DNA from: Candidatus Levyibacteriota bacterium
GTDB taxonomy: Bacteria; Patescibacteriota; Microgenomatia; Levybacterales; UBA12049
Assembly (NCBI GenBank): GCA_029260905.1
Contig: JAJDCH010000010.1
Span: 13,027 to 77,026 of the forward strand
Direction of reading: 5' to 3'
DNA: 64,000 nt
Position numbers and translations under genes: made by a program. Under the pieces are notes generated by a model, which did not search any database, had not been told where the DNA came from, and saw only the letters and a list, made by a program, of their open reading frames with translations. This document shows, one piece after another, positions 37,941 to 48,291 of the stretch (position 1 is its first letter; the number at the start of each line of letters is the position of its first letter).

Positions 37941-38750
37941 ATGAAAAAAAAAGCTCAGCATGAAAAAAGTAGCAGTCTAAAAACTTTTTTTATATACTTG
38001 TCAGTTGTTTTAACTTTAATTACTGCTTCTTTAATTCTAAAAACTGCATCTTTAATAAAAGAAAGCAAATATAAAGGGGGGCACTTTATTTTATCTATTT
38101 CAGAAAAGGAAAAAGTTATAAAATTTGCTATTTTCAACACAGAGCCAAATGATATATCAATACTAAGAGTGAGTGATAATAAAGTCATAAAAGATGATGT
38201 GTTTGAAAATTTTGGGATATTAGCGGATGGAAATATGGAGATATCCAAAGATCAAGACCCAAATGATATTGGTATCCAGATGCAGGAATTTTTGTTTTAT
38301 AATCATAAAAATTCAAATATAAATCTTTATGATTCTTTAAGATTTTTTCTTCTCTCAAGAACTGTTGCTCAAAAAGACATGGAAAAAGAAGAGATTTCAA
38401 TTAATGATGAGACTCAGGATTTAGATAAAAAAATTTTATCAATAACCTCTGATAAGATCGTATCTAAAGAAAATATTAGTATACAAATTATTAATCAAAC
38501 AGATGTTTCTGGACTCGGGCAAATGCTTGAAAGAGCATTCAAAAATATAGGCGCTAATGTTGTATCAGTCACGTCGTCTAAAAACAGTAATGAAAAATCA
38601 ATTATAGAATATGCTGGTGAAAAAACTTATACCCTTGAAAGGATTGGTAGATTAACAGGTTTACCAATTGAAGAAGTGGAGGATGAAAGGATTGCTGATA
38701 TTACTGTAAAAATAGGAAATGATGCTAAAAAATACGGTATAATTTTTTAG
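37941..38750 (+). CDS. membrane-anchored protein with a LytR_C-like C-terminal domain
   Basis: An N-terminal transmembrane segment and a C-terminal 'IQIINQTDVSGLGQMLERAFKNIGANVVSV' that resembles the LytR C-terminal domain. Confidence 0.45.
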   Translation: MKKKAQHEKSSSLKTFFIYLSVVLTLITASLILKTASLIKESKYKGGHFILSISEKEKVIKFAIFNTEPNDISILRVSDNKVIKDDVFENFGILADGNMEISKDQDPNDIGIQMQEFLFYNHKNSNINLYDSLRFFLLSRTVAQKDMEKEEISINDETQDLDKKILSITSDKIVSKENISIQIINQTDVSGLGQMLERAFKNIGANVVSVTSSKNSNEKSIIEYAGEKTYTLERIGRLTGLPIEEVEDERIADITVKIGNDAKKYGIIF

Positions 38751-38753
38751 TTA

Positions 38754-39419
38754 TCATTCATCATCGTCGTCCCCATCTTTTTTGAATAAAGATTTTTTAC
38801 TAAGTGATATTTTAGATTTTTCACCAGATATAAATGAAGGCTGGTTTTTGTATTTTTTAGCTCTTTTTGTTTCTCTGATAAAAATAGAAACTTTATTTGA
38901 ATTTACTGTTCTAACATAAGCTTCATATTCGTTTCCGCCATCCATAAATTTTATTACTCTTTGTCCTAGATCATCAGGAAGCATGCCAATATATTGATTG
39001 TCTTGATCAATTGCAAAAATGTGATTTCTTTTTATTGTTAATGTTAGAAATTCTCCAGATCTTAGACTTGATAAGATTTTTTTATCAGCGACGTTTAAAA
39101 GCTCAATCACCTTTGTTTTTCCAGTTTCCTCAATAAATAAGTTGTTAATATTTGTTGTTATTTTTTTGAATTTTCCATCTAAAAGTCTTTTTAGGTTTCG
39201 GATTGCAATTGGATTTTTCATGTCAAGCTCCAATACTTTTTTGTAGATTTTTTCTGCATCTTTTTGGTCACCGTTGCTGAGATATGCGTAGGCGAGACGG
39301 TTGAGGGTGTCAATGTCGTCCAAATCTTCTTCCTGAAGAATCAGCTTATTTATTTCAATTGCTTCAGTCCAGTTTCCGATTAGAGCTTTTTCGATTGCTT
39401 GTGTTTTTAAGGGTACCAT
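38754..39419 (-). CDS. TPR-repeat protein with an acidic C-terminal tail
   Basis: TPR-like N-terminus ('LAYAYLSNGDQKDAEKIYKKVLELD') and a C-terminus ending DGDDDDE. Confidence 0.45.
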   Translation of the reverse strand: MVPLKTQAIEKALIGNWTEAIEINKLILQEEDLDDIDTLNRLAYAYLSNGDQKDAEKIYKKVLELDMKNPIAIRNLKRLLDGKFKKITTNINNLFIEETGKTKVIELLNVADKKILSSLRSGEFLTLTIKRNHIFAIDQDNQYIGMLPDDLGQRVIKFMDGGNEYEAYVRTVNSNKVSIFIRETKRAKKYKNQPSFISGEKSKISLSKKSLFKKDGDDDDE

Positions 39420-39492
39420 GCAGTTTTAGTGATGGGAAAAATTCTACAGTTATTTATTGCAAAAGTCAAGGCTTAGAAGGTATAATAGTATT

Positions 39493-40233
39493 ATGAGTGG
39501 ACATTCAAAATGGGCAACCATTAAAAGACAAAAGGGAGCAAATGATGCAAAGAGGGGCAAGATCTTTACCAAAATTTCATACAGTATCACAACAGCTGTT
39601 AGGGAAGGTGGTGGGGTAATTGATCCTGAAAGTAATCCTCGTCTGAGGATGGCGATAGAAGAGGCCAAATCCCAAAATATGCCAAAGGAAAATATTCAAC
39701 GTGCAATAGCTCGTGCAGCGGGCAGGGATGGGGGAGAGATGTCTGAAGCGGTTTATGAGGGGTTTGGGCCAGGAGGCTTTAGTGTTATTGTCGAGGCACT
39801 AACTGACAATATTCAGCGAACTGTATCTGAGGTTAAAAATATTTTTAGTAAAAATGGGGGATCGCTAGGGAGTCAGGGAAGTGTTTTGTATCAATTTTCA
39901 AAAAAGGGAGAAATAGTGATTGATAAAAATGGCAAAAGCTTGGACGAGCTTTTTTTGATTGCTGCAGAGAGCGGTGCGGATGATATTGAAGATGATGAAT
40001 CTAATGCAATTATTTATACTTTACCTGATCAGGTTGGGAAGGTTCGGATGAAATTAGCTGATGAGGGAATTGGCGTAAAGTCAGCAGAGTTGAGTTTCAC
40101 GCCAACCGTTTTAACAGAAATAACAGATAAAAATCAGGCAAAAAAAGCAATGGATTTCGTTGAGAAGCTTGAGGGGCTTTCTGATGTTCAAAAAGTTTAT
40201 GTAAATTTTGATATAGCTGATGATTTGGTTTAG
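39493..40233 (+). CDS. yebC: YebC/PmpR-family transcriptional regulator
   Basis: 'MSGHSKWATIKRQKGANDAKRGKIFTK' is the canonical YebC N-terminus. Confidence 0.85.
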   Translation: MSGHSKWATIKRQKGANDAKRGKIFTKISYSITTAVREGGGVIDPESNPRLRMAIEEAKSQNMPKENIQRAIARAAGRDGGEMSEAVYEGFGPGGFSVIVEALTDNIQRTVSEVKNIFSKNGGSLGSQGSVLYQFSKKGEIVIDKNGKSLDELFLIAAESGADDIEDDESNAIIYTLPDQVGKVRMKLADEGIGVKSAELSFTPTVLTEITDKNQAKKAMDFVEKLEGLSDVQKVYVNFDIADDLV

Positions 40234-40235
40234 GT

Positions 40236-41114
40236 ATGGATGAAATAAGAAAAAATCTTTTAATGGATCAGGCGGTTGATACTTCACATAAGGTAACGAT
40301 AGATGCCAAAACCTGGAGACGTCCTAGGAAAAAGGGGAAATTTTTTTCAATTGATAAGAGGCAAAAATTTGTAATATCTACTTTAGTATTGTCACTTGGT
40401 TTATTTTTTACAGAGTTTCAGTTGAGTCAGTCGGGGATAGTGATTCCACTTATTTTGGCTATTCTTACCGTGGTATTTCTTTTTTGGGCAATTAGGCTTG
40501 ATGTAAAGGAGAATAGATCTTTTGAAGTTTTTTTACTTCCGTTTTTTTATAGTCTTTCGTTTGGCCTTTTTTACTTTCTGACACCTACTTCCTTTCTGAT
40601 TCATCTTCTTCTTGTTGCTGTCTACGCCTTTGGGATGTATTCAGTTTTTCTAAGTTCCAATATTTTGGTTGTTTCATCAATAAGGACAATCACGCTTTTG
40701 TCGGGCGCAAGGATAGTTTCCTTTGTTGCAGGACTTATTTCATATTTCTTTTTAACCAATGCGCTTTTTGCTCTTCATATAAATGTTTTTTTCGTGGCGC
40801 TTATTATTTTCTTTTATAGCTTTCCACTTGTCCTTCACTCCTTGTGGACATATGATCTAGCCAAGAATCAGAAGATCAATGTTTGGTCTTTGGCACTTTC
40901 GGTTTGTCTTGTTGAGGGCGCATCTGCCTTGTGGTTTTTCCCATCTAGTCCTACTGTGATAGCTCTTTTCATGTCAGGGTTTTTCTATACGATTGTTGGT
41001 CTTTCACACATCTGGTTTGAAAGGCGTCTTTTTAAAGGAGTAATGTGGGAGTATGTGTGGGTTGGTTGTATTGTGTTTTTTGTCCTAATATTATTTACCC
41101 CATGGGGAAAGTAG
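40236..41114 (+). CDS. hypothetical polytopic membrane protein
   Basis: 292 aa with multiple transmembrane helices. Confidence 0.35.
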   Translation: MDEIRKNLLMDQAVDTSHKVTIDAKTWRRPRKKGKFFSIDKRQKFVISTLVLSLGLFFTEFQLSQSGIVIPLILAILTVVFLFWAIRLDVKENRSFEVFLLPFFYSLSFGLFYFLTPTSFLIHLLLVAVYAFGMYSVFLSSNILVVSSIRTITLLSGARIVSFVAGLISYFFLTNALFALHINVFFVALIIFFYSFPLVLHSLWTYDLAKNQKINVWSLALSVCLVEGASALWFFPSSPTVIALFMSGFFYTIVGLSHIWFERRLFKGVMWEYVWVGCIVFFVLILFTPWGK

Positions 41115-42173
41115 GTAGGTCTTGAAAGTCGGGAACAGGGGAGTAAGGGGAATTTAAGTCCTATAATTATGTGATATAATTTGATATAGTAATGTGGATA
41201 ACTTTTCACAGAACTGACTTTTCACAGTCAATAATTATATATGACTATCACTCATAATCAAGGCTAAATGATATAGTTTGATACTACTTATTTCTTTATA
41301 GAAGTAGGATGATTGGTTACCTTGACTTTTTTCTAGCTCTTTCTTGCAAATAACGCCTAAAAGATTATTATTTAGTTAGTAAAATTTTTATATTTACTCT
41401 CCTTATTATTTTATTGAGCCTAATACTCTTTATGGGGAAGAAGGCTAATCAAAAAAAATACGAAAACGTTTTCGGGATAATTTTGAGGCTAAAAATTTAT
41501 GTTTAGACTGTTAATTCAATCTAAAATGAATAAAATTGCATAGTGCTTCTGAATGATATTTAAGGCTAAAAATTGCTGTTTAGATTGATTTTGCAGGCTA
41601 AATTCACATTCTTACAACATCAATCATCAGGGACCAACTAGTGCTAGAGTCCATCTGATCAGTTTTGTCAAAGTGTTATAGAAACTGATTAAGTAATTTA
41701 AATTGTTTTACTCTAATGAAAGAAGCAAGAAGTGATAACCCCTACGCCACTCTATTTGCGTTGTTTGCTATAAGGAATGTCTTGTTTGGTAAAAAAAGGC
41801 CATTATAGTCGCGGAGAAGGAAATACTCTTATGTCGCACAATAATACTTTTACGACATGAACCAGGCTCAAAGCCAGGGGGGAGGAGTCTCTGGGTTTTG
41901 TTAAATTCAAGTAAAATAAATCTATTTAATTATTTTTTTGTTTTTAACTCTGAGTAATTACCCTCTTAAATCTTCTTTGGTTCCCGAGTCAACTTTATGA
42001 GTCTCCCCTATTTACTATGGGTTATAAATTTGAAGCTAAAACACTAATATTTGTGCCTAAAAACACAAAATCACTCCCCCCTTTATAAAACTTTGGCTGG
42101 AGAAGTGTATTTTCATACGCGTTTCTTTCTTAAAAAGCTTGAATAAGATCATTTCTAATGGTAAGATTGACTT
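41115..42173. other. 1.06-kb AT-rich region with no ORF of 60 aa or more, carrying dispersed imperfect direct repeats
   Basis: Repeats 'gaggctaaaaatttatgtttagactg' (41485-41510), 'aaggctaaaaattgctgtttagattg' (41563-41588) and the related 'gcaggctaaattcacatt' and 'gaagctaaaacac...gcctaaaaacac'. A tandem 'acttttcacag' sits at 41201 and 41217. Confidence 0.5.
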
Positions 42174-44105
42174 ATGGGCCAAAGCATCTTAGCTCTCAAA
42201 AAGATTCAAAAACAGCCCAAGGTTTCTGTTGGAACACAAGTAGCAGATCTTCACATACAGGGAGCACTATACGCAGCTATCAAATCACATAAGGATGAAT
42301 TTGATCTTGCTGAAATAAATCGTGAAAACAGACTTGAATATAGCAATGAAGTGCATATAAGAAATTTTCATGAAGGGATTCATACAGCATTGAATGAATC
42401 AGGACAACGTAGAAATGTTAAATATATAGCTGTTGGGCTTCATGGGAAAAATGATTTTAAAACAAGTATTTCAGAGCTTTGGCTGAAAGAAGATATTGTT
42501 CCATTTGTTTTTGGAAAGACACGGGAGAATAGAAGTATCACAGAGGTCGCACGTGAGGTCTCATCGCATTTTAATGATGAGAACCTGGTCTATGTGCAAA
42601 TGAATACTACAAATGAGGTAAAGGTTTCTGAGCTTGTTTCGCTTGAAGACTACAGAAAGACAGTACCAGACGAGGATTTTGGTAATCTTAAATTTTTGGT
42701 TAAGAAATTTAAAGGTAAGAAGCTTACTTTTTTGGGAGCAACACCTCAGGGTGGAGGCGTTGCCTTGATGAGACATGCATTAATCAGGTTATATAAATTG
42801 CTTGGGGTTGATGCTCATTGGTATGTTTTGATTCCCAAGAAAGAAGCATTTGCAATTACAAAATCAAAATTTCACAATGTTCTTCAGGCTGTTTCTCCTG
42901 TGGGAATCGAGCTGACAGATGAAGATAAGGATATCTATAATTCGTGGACTGATGAGAATGCTAAGAAGTTTGCAAGTGTATTTAAGAATTCAGATGTTAT
43001 CGTGGTTGATGATCCTCAGCCTGCTGGGTTGATACCGTATATAAAAAAGATAAACCCAAGGGTCAAAATAATATATAGATCGCATATTCAGATTGTTGGT
43101 GAGCTGGCAAGCACAAATAATACAGTTCAGCGTAAAACTTGGGAATTTCTTTGGAAAAGCATCCAGCTTTCAGACTTGTTTATAAGCCATCCGATTAAAG
43201 AATTTATTCCATCAGATGTGCCAATGGAAAAGATTTTATATATGCCTGCAACAACTGATCCCTTAGATGGGCTTAATAAGCCTTTGAGTGAGGCGCAGAT
43301 GAATTATTATATGAGGATTTTCAATAAACTTCTTCTTATTCAAGAGGGGCAAGCGCCACTAGATATGAATCGGCCATATATTGTGCAGATAGCCAGATTT
43401 GATCCTGCAAAGGGAATTCCAGATGTGATCGAGTCATATAGAATTCTTAGGGAGAGGCTGGTTAAAGAAGGAAAAGTTATACCAAGTCTTGTGATTGGCG
43501 GAAACGCATCAGTAGATGATCCGGATGGTGTGCCGGTTCATAATGCGACCCTAGAGCTTCTCAAGACTGATAAATACAGTTATTTGTCAGATGATGTTAA
43601 GGTAGTCAGGCTTCCGCACCTAGACCAGCTCTTAAATGTATTACTTCGCAAAAGCCATATAGTTCTTCAGCTTTCAACTAAAGAAGGCTTTGAGGTAAAA
43701 GTAACAGAAGGGTTAATGAAAGGAAAACCAGTTGTTGCATATAAGACTGGTGGGATTCCGCTTCAGATCGAGGATGGTGTAAATGGGTTTTTGATAGAGC
43801 CAGGAAATACACAAGAGGTTGCTGACAAGATGTATGAGTTGTTTGTAGATAAAGGGCAGTACAAGAAGATGAGTGCAGCTGCAGTTCAATATGCCAATAA
43901 AGATTATCTGACTGTTGCAAATGCGATTTCATGGCTTTTTATGGCTGTGTATCTTCAAGCAGGACATAAAGTGAGTGGTAATTATCAATGGGTGAAGGAT
44001 CTATCTCAGGCATATTATTATAATTCTCAAAACTCAAGTGATAAAATCCTCTCCCGACTCATGCCACTTGGAAAAAAGATTGGAGAAAGACTGAAGAAGA
44101 AATAA
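42174..44105 (+). CDS. GT4 retaining glycosyltransferase, trehalose-synthase (TreT)-like, with an N-terminal extension of about 170 aa
   Basis: 'ATPQGGGVALMRHAL', 'VVDDPQPAGLIPY', 'QIARFDPAKGIPDVIESYR' and 'STKEGFEVKVTEGLMKGKPVVAYKTGGIPLQIEDGVNGFLIE' match TreT/GT4 motifs from memory. Confidence 0.6.
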   Translation: MGQSILALKKIQKQPKVSVGTQVADLHIQGALYAAIKSHKDEFDLAEINRENRLEYSNEVHIRNFHEGIHTALNESGQRRNVKYIAVGLHGKNDFKTSISELWLKEDIVPFVFGKTRENRSITEVAREVSSHFNDENLVYVQMNTTNEVKVSELVSLEDYRKTVPDEDFGNLKFLVKKFKGKKLTFLGATPQGGGVALMRHALIRLYKLLGVDAHWYVLIPKKEAFAITKSKFHNVLQAVSPVGIELTDEDKDIYNSWTDENAKKFASVFKNSDVIVVDDPQPAGLIPYIKKINPRVKIIYRSHIQIVGELASTNNTVQRKTWEFLWKSIQLSDLFISHPIKEFIPSDVPMEKILYMPATTDPLDGLNKPLSEAQMNYYMRIFNKLLLIQEGQAPLDMNRPYIVQIARFDPAKGIPDVIESYRILRERLVKEGKVIPSLVIGGNASVDDPDGVPVHNATLELLKTDKYSYLSDDVKVVRLPHLDQLLNVLLRKSHIVLQLSTKEGFEVKVTEGLMKGKPVVAYKTGGIPLQIEDGVNGFLIEPGNTQEVADKMYELFVDKGQYKKMSAAAVQYANKDYLTVANAISWLFMAVYLQAGHKVSGNYQWVKDLSQAYYYNSQNSSDKILSRLMPLGKKIGERLKKK

Positions 44106-44171
44106 TTCATGCAATTGTATCTTTCTGTTTGCATTTGACTTCCATCATGTCGTAGAATATATTTACTGCCC

Positions 44172-45107
44172 ATGAAAAACCTAAATCTTACTGAGCAAAT
44201 CCAGCAATTTCTTGAATATCTGGAGATTGAAAAAAACTGCAGCAAGCTTACTATTCGTGATTACAAACATTATCTGGAGGTGTTCAATGATTGGTTTGCT
44301 ACTTCCCTTCCAGGAAAAACTGTAAAAGATTTGGATTTATCACTTATACGAAAATACAGAGTTTTTCTAGCTAACTATCAGGACGCGAAAGGACGAAGTA
44401 GAAAAAGGGTTACGCAAAATTATTATGTTATTGCCCTACGATCATTCTTGAGATTTTTGATCAAAAATGATGTTCAAACTCTAGAACCTAGCAAGATAGA
44501 TCTGCCTAAAACAGAAAGCAGAAGTTTGAAATTTTTAGAGAGAGACCAGGTTGAAAGACTTGTCACAACACCAGATACCAGCAAGGAAGATGGTGTACGA
44601 GATAGAGCTGTTTTGGAGTTGCTTTTTTCAACAGGTCTTCGTGTATCAGAACTGGTATCACTTAATCAAGAAAAGATAAATCTTGATAGACGGGAATTTG
44701 GAGTAATTGGAAAAGGGCAAAAAGCAAGAATTGTTTTTATATCTGATAGGGCTGCTGATTGGATTGGTAAATATCAACAAATAAGAAAGGATAGTTTTAA
44801 GCCGCTTTTTATCAGATATTCTGGAAAAGTGATTGATGAAAATGGTGGTGAGAAAATGAGGCTTACTGTAAGATCGGTTGAACGAATTGTCAAAAAATAT
44901 ACTCGTCTGGCAAGACTTCCAGTTGATGCGACAGTTCATACGCTCAGGCATTCATTTGCAACGGATTTACTTATGAATGGAGCAGACCTCAGATCTGTTC
45001 AGGAGATGTTGGGACACAAGAATATCGCAACTACACAAATCTATACCCATATTACAAATAAACAATTAAGAGATGTTCATAAAGCCTTTCATTCTGGGAA
45101 TAAATAA
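44172..45107 (+). CDS. tyrosine site-specific recombinase, XerC/XerD-like
   Basis: C-terminal 'HTLRHSFATDLLMNGADLRSVQEMLGHKNIATTQIYTHI' contains the R..H..R..Y catalytic tetrad region. Confidence 0.8.
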   Translation: MKNLNLTEQIQQFLEYLEIEKNCSKLTIRDYKHYLEVFNDWFATSLPGKTVKDLDLSLIRKYRVFLANYQDAKGRSRKRVTQNYYVIALRSFLRFLIKNDVQTLEPSKIDLPKTESRSLKFLERDQVERLVTTPDTSKEDGVRDRAVLELLFSTGLRVSELVSLNQEKINLDRREFGVIGKGQKARIVFISDRAADWIGKYQQIRKDSFKPLFIRYSGKVIDENGGEKMRLTVRSVERIVKKYTRLARLPVDATVHTLRHSFATDLLMNGADLRSVQEMLGHKNIATTQIYTHITNKQLRDVHKAFHSGNK

Positions 45108-45122
45108 AGTGCTATACTTTTA

Positions 45123-46298
45123 TTGATGAGATTTTTTGTTTGGGCTTTTTTTTTGTTTATATTTTTTCATCTTTTAATTCTTTTTAATTTACCTGATTTT
45201 ATTATTTCAGGTCATGCTCCATACAGTAGCATACTTTATAAATATTTTTCATTTGGACCATTTACCCCTCTTGCCAATTTTGACGGAATTCAATATCTTG
45301 ATATCGCAAAGGATGGTTATAAGCAGTTTCAGCAAGGTTACTTTCCTTTATTCCCGCTTTTTATATCTATATTAACTCACAGTATCTTGCCAAACAAATA
45401 TCTTTTATCTGGTCTGATTATAAACTTTTTAACTTTTTTTGCAGGTATTATTTATTTTTATAAATTTGTGAATCTACTTTTGAAAGATAGGAAAAAAGCT
45501 AAGTGGTCGATCGTTTTTCTTTTATTTTTTCCAACAGCATTTTTTTACCAAGCGATTTATCCTGAAAGTCTTTTTTTGTTTACTTCATCAGCTGGACTTT
45601 TCTATCTAATGAAAAAAAAATATTTTCTTGCAGCTATTTTTGCAACTTTTGCATCGCTTACAAAGATTCAGGGAATTTTTCTTATTATTCCTTTTGTATT
45701 TTCAATTTATGAAATTAATTTTGGTAAAAATATCTTTTTTGATTTTTTCAAAAAACTTATGAATATGCCGAAATTGATTTTTGCTGCCCTCTCCCCTATT
45801 TATGGATTAATTATTTATTCTACTTATCTTTTTATTAATTATGGAGATCCTTTTTATTTTTATCATGCCCAAAGCGCATTTGGCGCTAATAGATCAACTG
45901 ATGCAATTATTTTTTTACCACAAGTTATTTTTAGATATATAAAAATTTTCCTTACTGCAGATTTTAGTTTTCAATACACAATTGCTCTCTTGGAATTTAT
46001 TATTTTTATATTTGTTTTTGGTGTTTTGGCGTTTGAGATTTTTAGGATTTTAAAAAATAAAAAAAAGCAAAGCCTTATTTTATTCTCAATCCATCTTTAT
46101 TCAATCGCAGTTATGATTTTGCCGACTCTAACTGGAACATTTACATCTATTCCTAGATATTCTCTTTTGGCATTAGGATTTTTTATTGCCCTCTCAGGCA
46201 TACAAAATAAGTATTTTAAAATATTTCTTGTTTCCTTATTTGGATATATACACATTTTGCTTTTTGTTTTATTCCTGAGAGAATATTTTATTGGTTAG
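45123..46298 (+). CDS. polytopic membrane protein, possibly a GT-C-type (PIG-V/mannosyltransferase-like) glycosyltransferase
   Basis: About 11 transmembrane helices. The first loop contains 'FDGIQYLDIAKDGYKQ', which resembles the WDxxxYxxIAxxGY loop motif. Confidence 0.35.
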   Translation: MMRFFVWAFFLFIFFHLLILFNLPDFIISGHAPYSSILYKYFSFGPFTPLANFDGIQYLDIAKDGYKQFQQGYFPLFPLFISILTHSILPNKYLLSGLIINFLTFFAGIIYFYKFVNLLLKDRKKAKWSIVFLLFFPTAFFYQAIYPESLFLFTSSAGLFYLMKKKYFLAAIFATFASLTKIQGIFLIIPFVFSIYEINFGKNIFFDFFKKLMNMPKLIFAALSPIYGLIIYSTYLFINYGDPFYFYHAQSAFGANRSTDAIIFLPQVIFRYIKIFLTADFSFQYTIALLEFIIFIFVFGVLAFEIFRILKNKKKQSLILFSIHLYSIAVMILPTLTGTFTSIPRYSLLALGFFIALSGIQNKYFKIFLVSLFGYIHILLFVLFLREYFIG

Positions 46299-46319
46299 TT
46301 AAGTAATTGTTCTCGACAA

Positions 46320-46352
46320 CCTTACATGCTTGAGAATGTAAGGACGTTGTTT
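46320..46352 (+). terminator. putative rho-independent terminator
   Basis: A perfect 8-bp stem ccttacat/atgtaagg with loop gcttgaga, followed by a T-rich tract. It lies between convergent genes. Confidence 0.4.
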
Positions 46353-46412
46353 AAAAATGATTTTACATTAGATGTTTTAAATTTAAGAAAGCAAAACAAG
46401 TGTTTGGAGTTT

Positions 46413-47162
46413 TTAGTAAGTCTCGTAGGAAAGGGTGATTGTTACTGAGATTTTATTTTCCCCAGGACTTAGCTCGGTTGGTGCTTTTTCTGCTGCATCA
46501 AGAGCAACTGCTGTTCTCTCAAAGGGAATTGGGCCTCCATTGCTTCCTGACTCTTGGACGTCAACTAATTTTCCTAGTTTTATTCCTGTATCCTTAGCAA
46601 GATTTTCAGCTTTTGTTTTTGCATTGGCGATTGCTTCCTTTCTTGCATTACTTTCTGCTTTTTCTCTATCCTCCTCACTGAGAATAAATTGTATGCTACC
46701 AACTTGTGTCGCACCATCTTTTGTTGCGATGTCAATTGCTTGATTTGCCATTTCTATAGAATCCAAATTTACACTTAGGGTTGCGTTAACTTGATATCCA
46801 TTTGGGCTTTGCCTTCCATTTGAAAAATCGTACTGTGGGCTAACCGAATAATTGCTGGTTTTAATATCCTTCTCTCCTATACCTAGTGATTTGAGATCTT
46901 TTGTAATTAAATTGATAATTGTATTTACTTCATTTTGCGTTGCTTCAACTGTAGCGCCTTCTTTATTTACGCCAAGTGAAATCATAGCAGTATTAGGAAC
47001 AGCAGTTGCTTCTCCTGTGCCAGAGGCAGAAAAGAAGCTTGATTTATTGGTGGTAATACTGGTTACAGAAAAAGGAATAGGACCAAAGATTTTGGTAAAT
47101 ATAAAAAGAGATAAAAGAGCAAAAGCAATTGTCAGAAAAGGAACTTTAAGATCTCTTAGCAT
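46413..47162 (-). CDS. SIMPL-domain (DUF541) protein
   Basis: An N-terminal transmembrane segment or signal, then 'SYSVSPQYDF...NGYQVNATLSVNLDSIEMANQAIDIA', which is typical of SIMPL/BP26-like proteins. Confidence 0.7.
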   Translation of the reverse strand: MLRDLKVPFLTIAFALLSLFIFTKIFGPIPFSVTSITTNKSSFFSASGTGEATAVPNTAMISLGVNKEGATVEATQNEVNTIINLITKDLKSLGIGEKDIKTSNYSVSPQYDFSNGRQSPNGYQVNATLSVNLDSIEMANQAIDIATKDGATQVGSIQFILSEEDREKAESNARKEAIANAKTKAENLAKDTGIKLGKLVDVQESGSNGGPIPFERTAVALDAAEKAPTELSPGENKISVTITLSYETY

Positions 47163-47201
47163 ATATCTATATTAGAGGTTTTTTTGTTAATTTGTCAAAT
47201 G

Positions 47202-48290
47202 CTATTCCCAGCGGAAAGTGCGGGCCGCAAGCGCATACATCAAAATCCCCCAAATAGAAAGTCCTGCTATGAATTTATCTGTATCGCCTAGGCTTCCTCC
47301 TTCAGCTGTAATTATTCTAATTGCCTGATTGAAGTACGAGAGTGGAAGATTGTTAGCAATTGGTTGGAGCCATGATGGAAGATTTTCAACTGGAAAGAAT
47401 GTTCCACTTAACAAAAGCTGAGGAAGTGTAATGAGATTAACTAATGGACCTGCTGAATTTTCATCATTGGCAAGACCAGCAAAAAAATATCCAAATCCGA
47501 GAAAAGCTATTAGTCCAATTGTTGTAATTATCATTATGTTCCAAAAGGTCTGAAATCCATGCGGGAGATAAAAACCAAATGCATAGATACCTATTCCAAG
47601 AATTATTACTGTTTGAGTAAGGGCTATGATAAGCCTGCTTGTTCCTTGTCCTAGAAGAAGAGATAGAGGGCGTGCTGGTGTTGCAAAAAGTCTTTTCAGA
47701 ACAAGTGTTTTTTTGAGATATACTATTCCAAAAACAGTCCCAAAGATTGCGGTTGACAAAAGAGCAAATCCTATTTGCCCTGGAAGAGCAAAATCAATAT
47801 AGCGAAATTGTCTGCCAGATAATTCTTTTTTGAATAAAGTGAGATAGGGTTTTTCAATTCCAGCAATCCTTAGATTCGTTTCATCTATAAGCCCTCGCAT
47901 TATTGACTCGATAGCTTGAGCTTGCTGGGGATTGGCAACTGATGTTGTAATTGTTACATCATGTGGTTGCATTTCGATAATTCCTGATAATTTTCCTTGG
48001 ACAAGTTCTTGTTCGAGAACTGATTTTTTATCTGTTTTCAGCTTCATGTATGATTGTTCTTCAATCACTGTTAGTATTTGATTTGGTTCTGTGCTGTCAG
48101 GAATGCCGATGGTTAGGGTCTGGGTACTGTTGCCAATCAGACCAAAGATAGTTATGAAAACAACCGGAAAAATAAATCCAAATGCAAATGTTGCAGGATT
48201 TCTAGTTTGGGCGATAAGCGAATACCAAGTCATTGCAAGATAGGCTCTTATCTGATTTGTTTCTTTTAATTTGTTTTTTTGTCTGCTCAT
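47202..48290 (-). CDS. ABC-2-type transporter permease
   Basis: 6 transmembrane helices with a large first extracytoplasmic loop. It sits immediately downstream of an ABC ATPase. Confidence 0.7.
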   Translation of the reverse strand: MSRQKNKLKETNQIRAYLAMTWYSLIAQTRNPATFAFGFIFPVVFITIFGLIGNSTQTLTIGIPDSTEPNQILTVIEEQSYMKLKTDKKSVLEQELVQGKLSGIIEMQPHDVTITTSVANPQQAQAIESIMRGLIDETNLRIAGIEKPYLTLFKKELSGRQFRYIDFALPGQIGFALLSTAIFGTVFGIVYLKKTLVLKRLFATPARPLSLLLGQGTSRLIIALTQTVIILGIGIYAFGFYLPHGFQTFWNIMIITTIGLIAFLGFGYFFAGLANDENSAGPLVNLITLPQLLLSGTFFPVENLPSWLQPIANNLPLSYFNQAIRIITAEGGSLGDTDKFIAGLSIWGILMYALAARTFRWE

Positions 48291-48291
48291 G

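Noticed and set aside
41121-41145. 'gaaagtcgggaacagggg' resembles the RNase P RNA P4 5' strand (GAAAGUCCGGGC). A possible partner, 'acagaactgactt', lies 80 nt downstream.
   Set aside because: The two strands are only about 80 nt apart, too close to hold the specificity domain. No CR-II/III consensus (GGUAAGAGCGCACC-like) is present anywhere in the 1-kb region.
41485-41611. The repeats built on 'ggctaaaaatt' were considered as a degenerate CRISPR array.
   Set aside because: The repeat units are imperfect and irregularly spaced (78, 31 and about 440 bp). There are no cas genes in the window.
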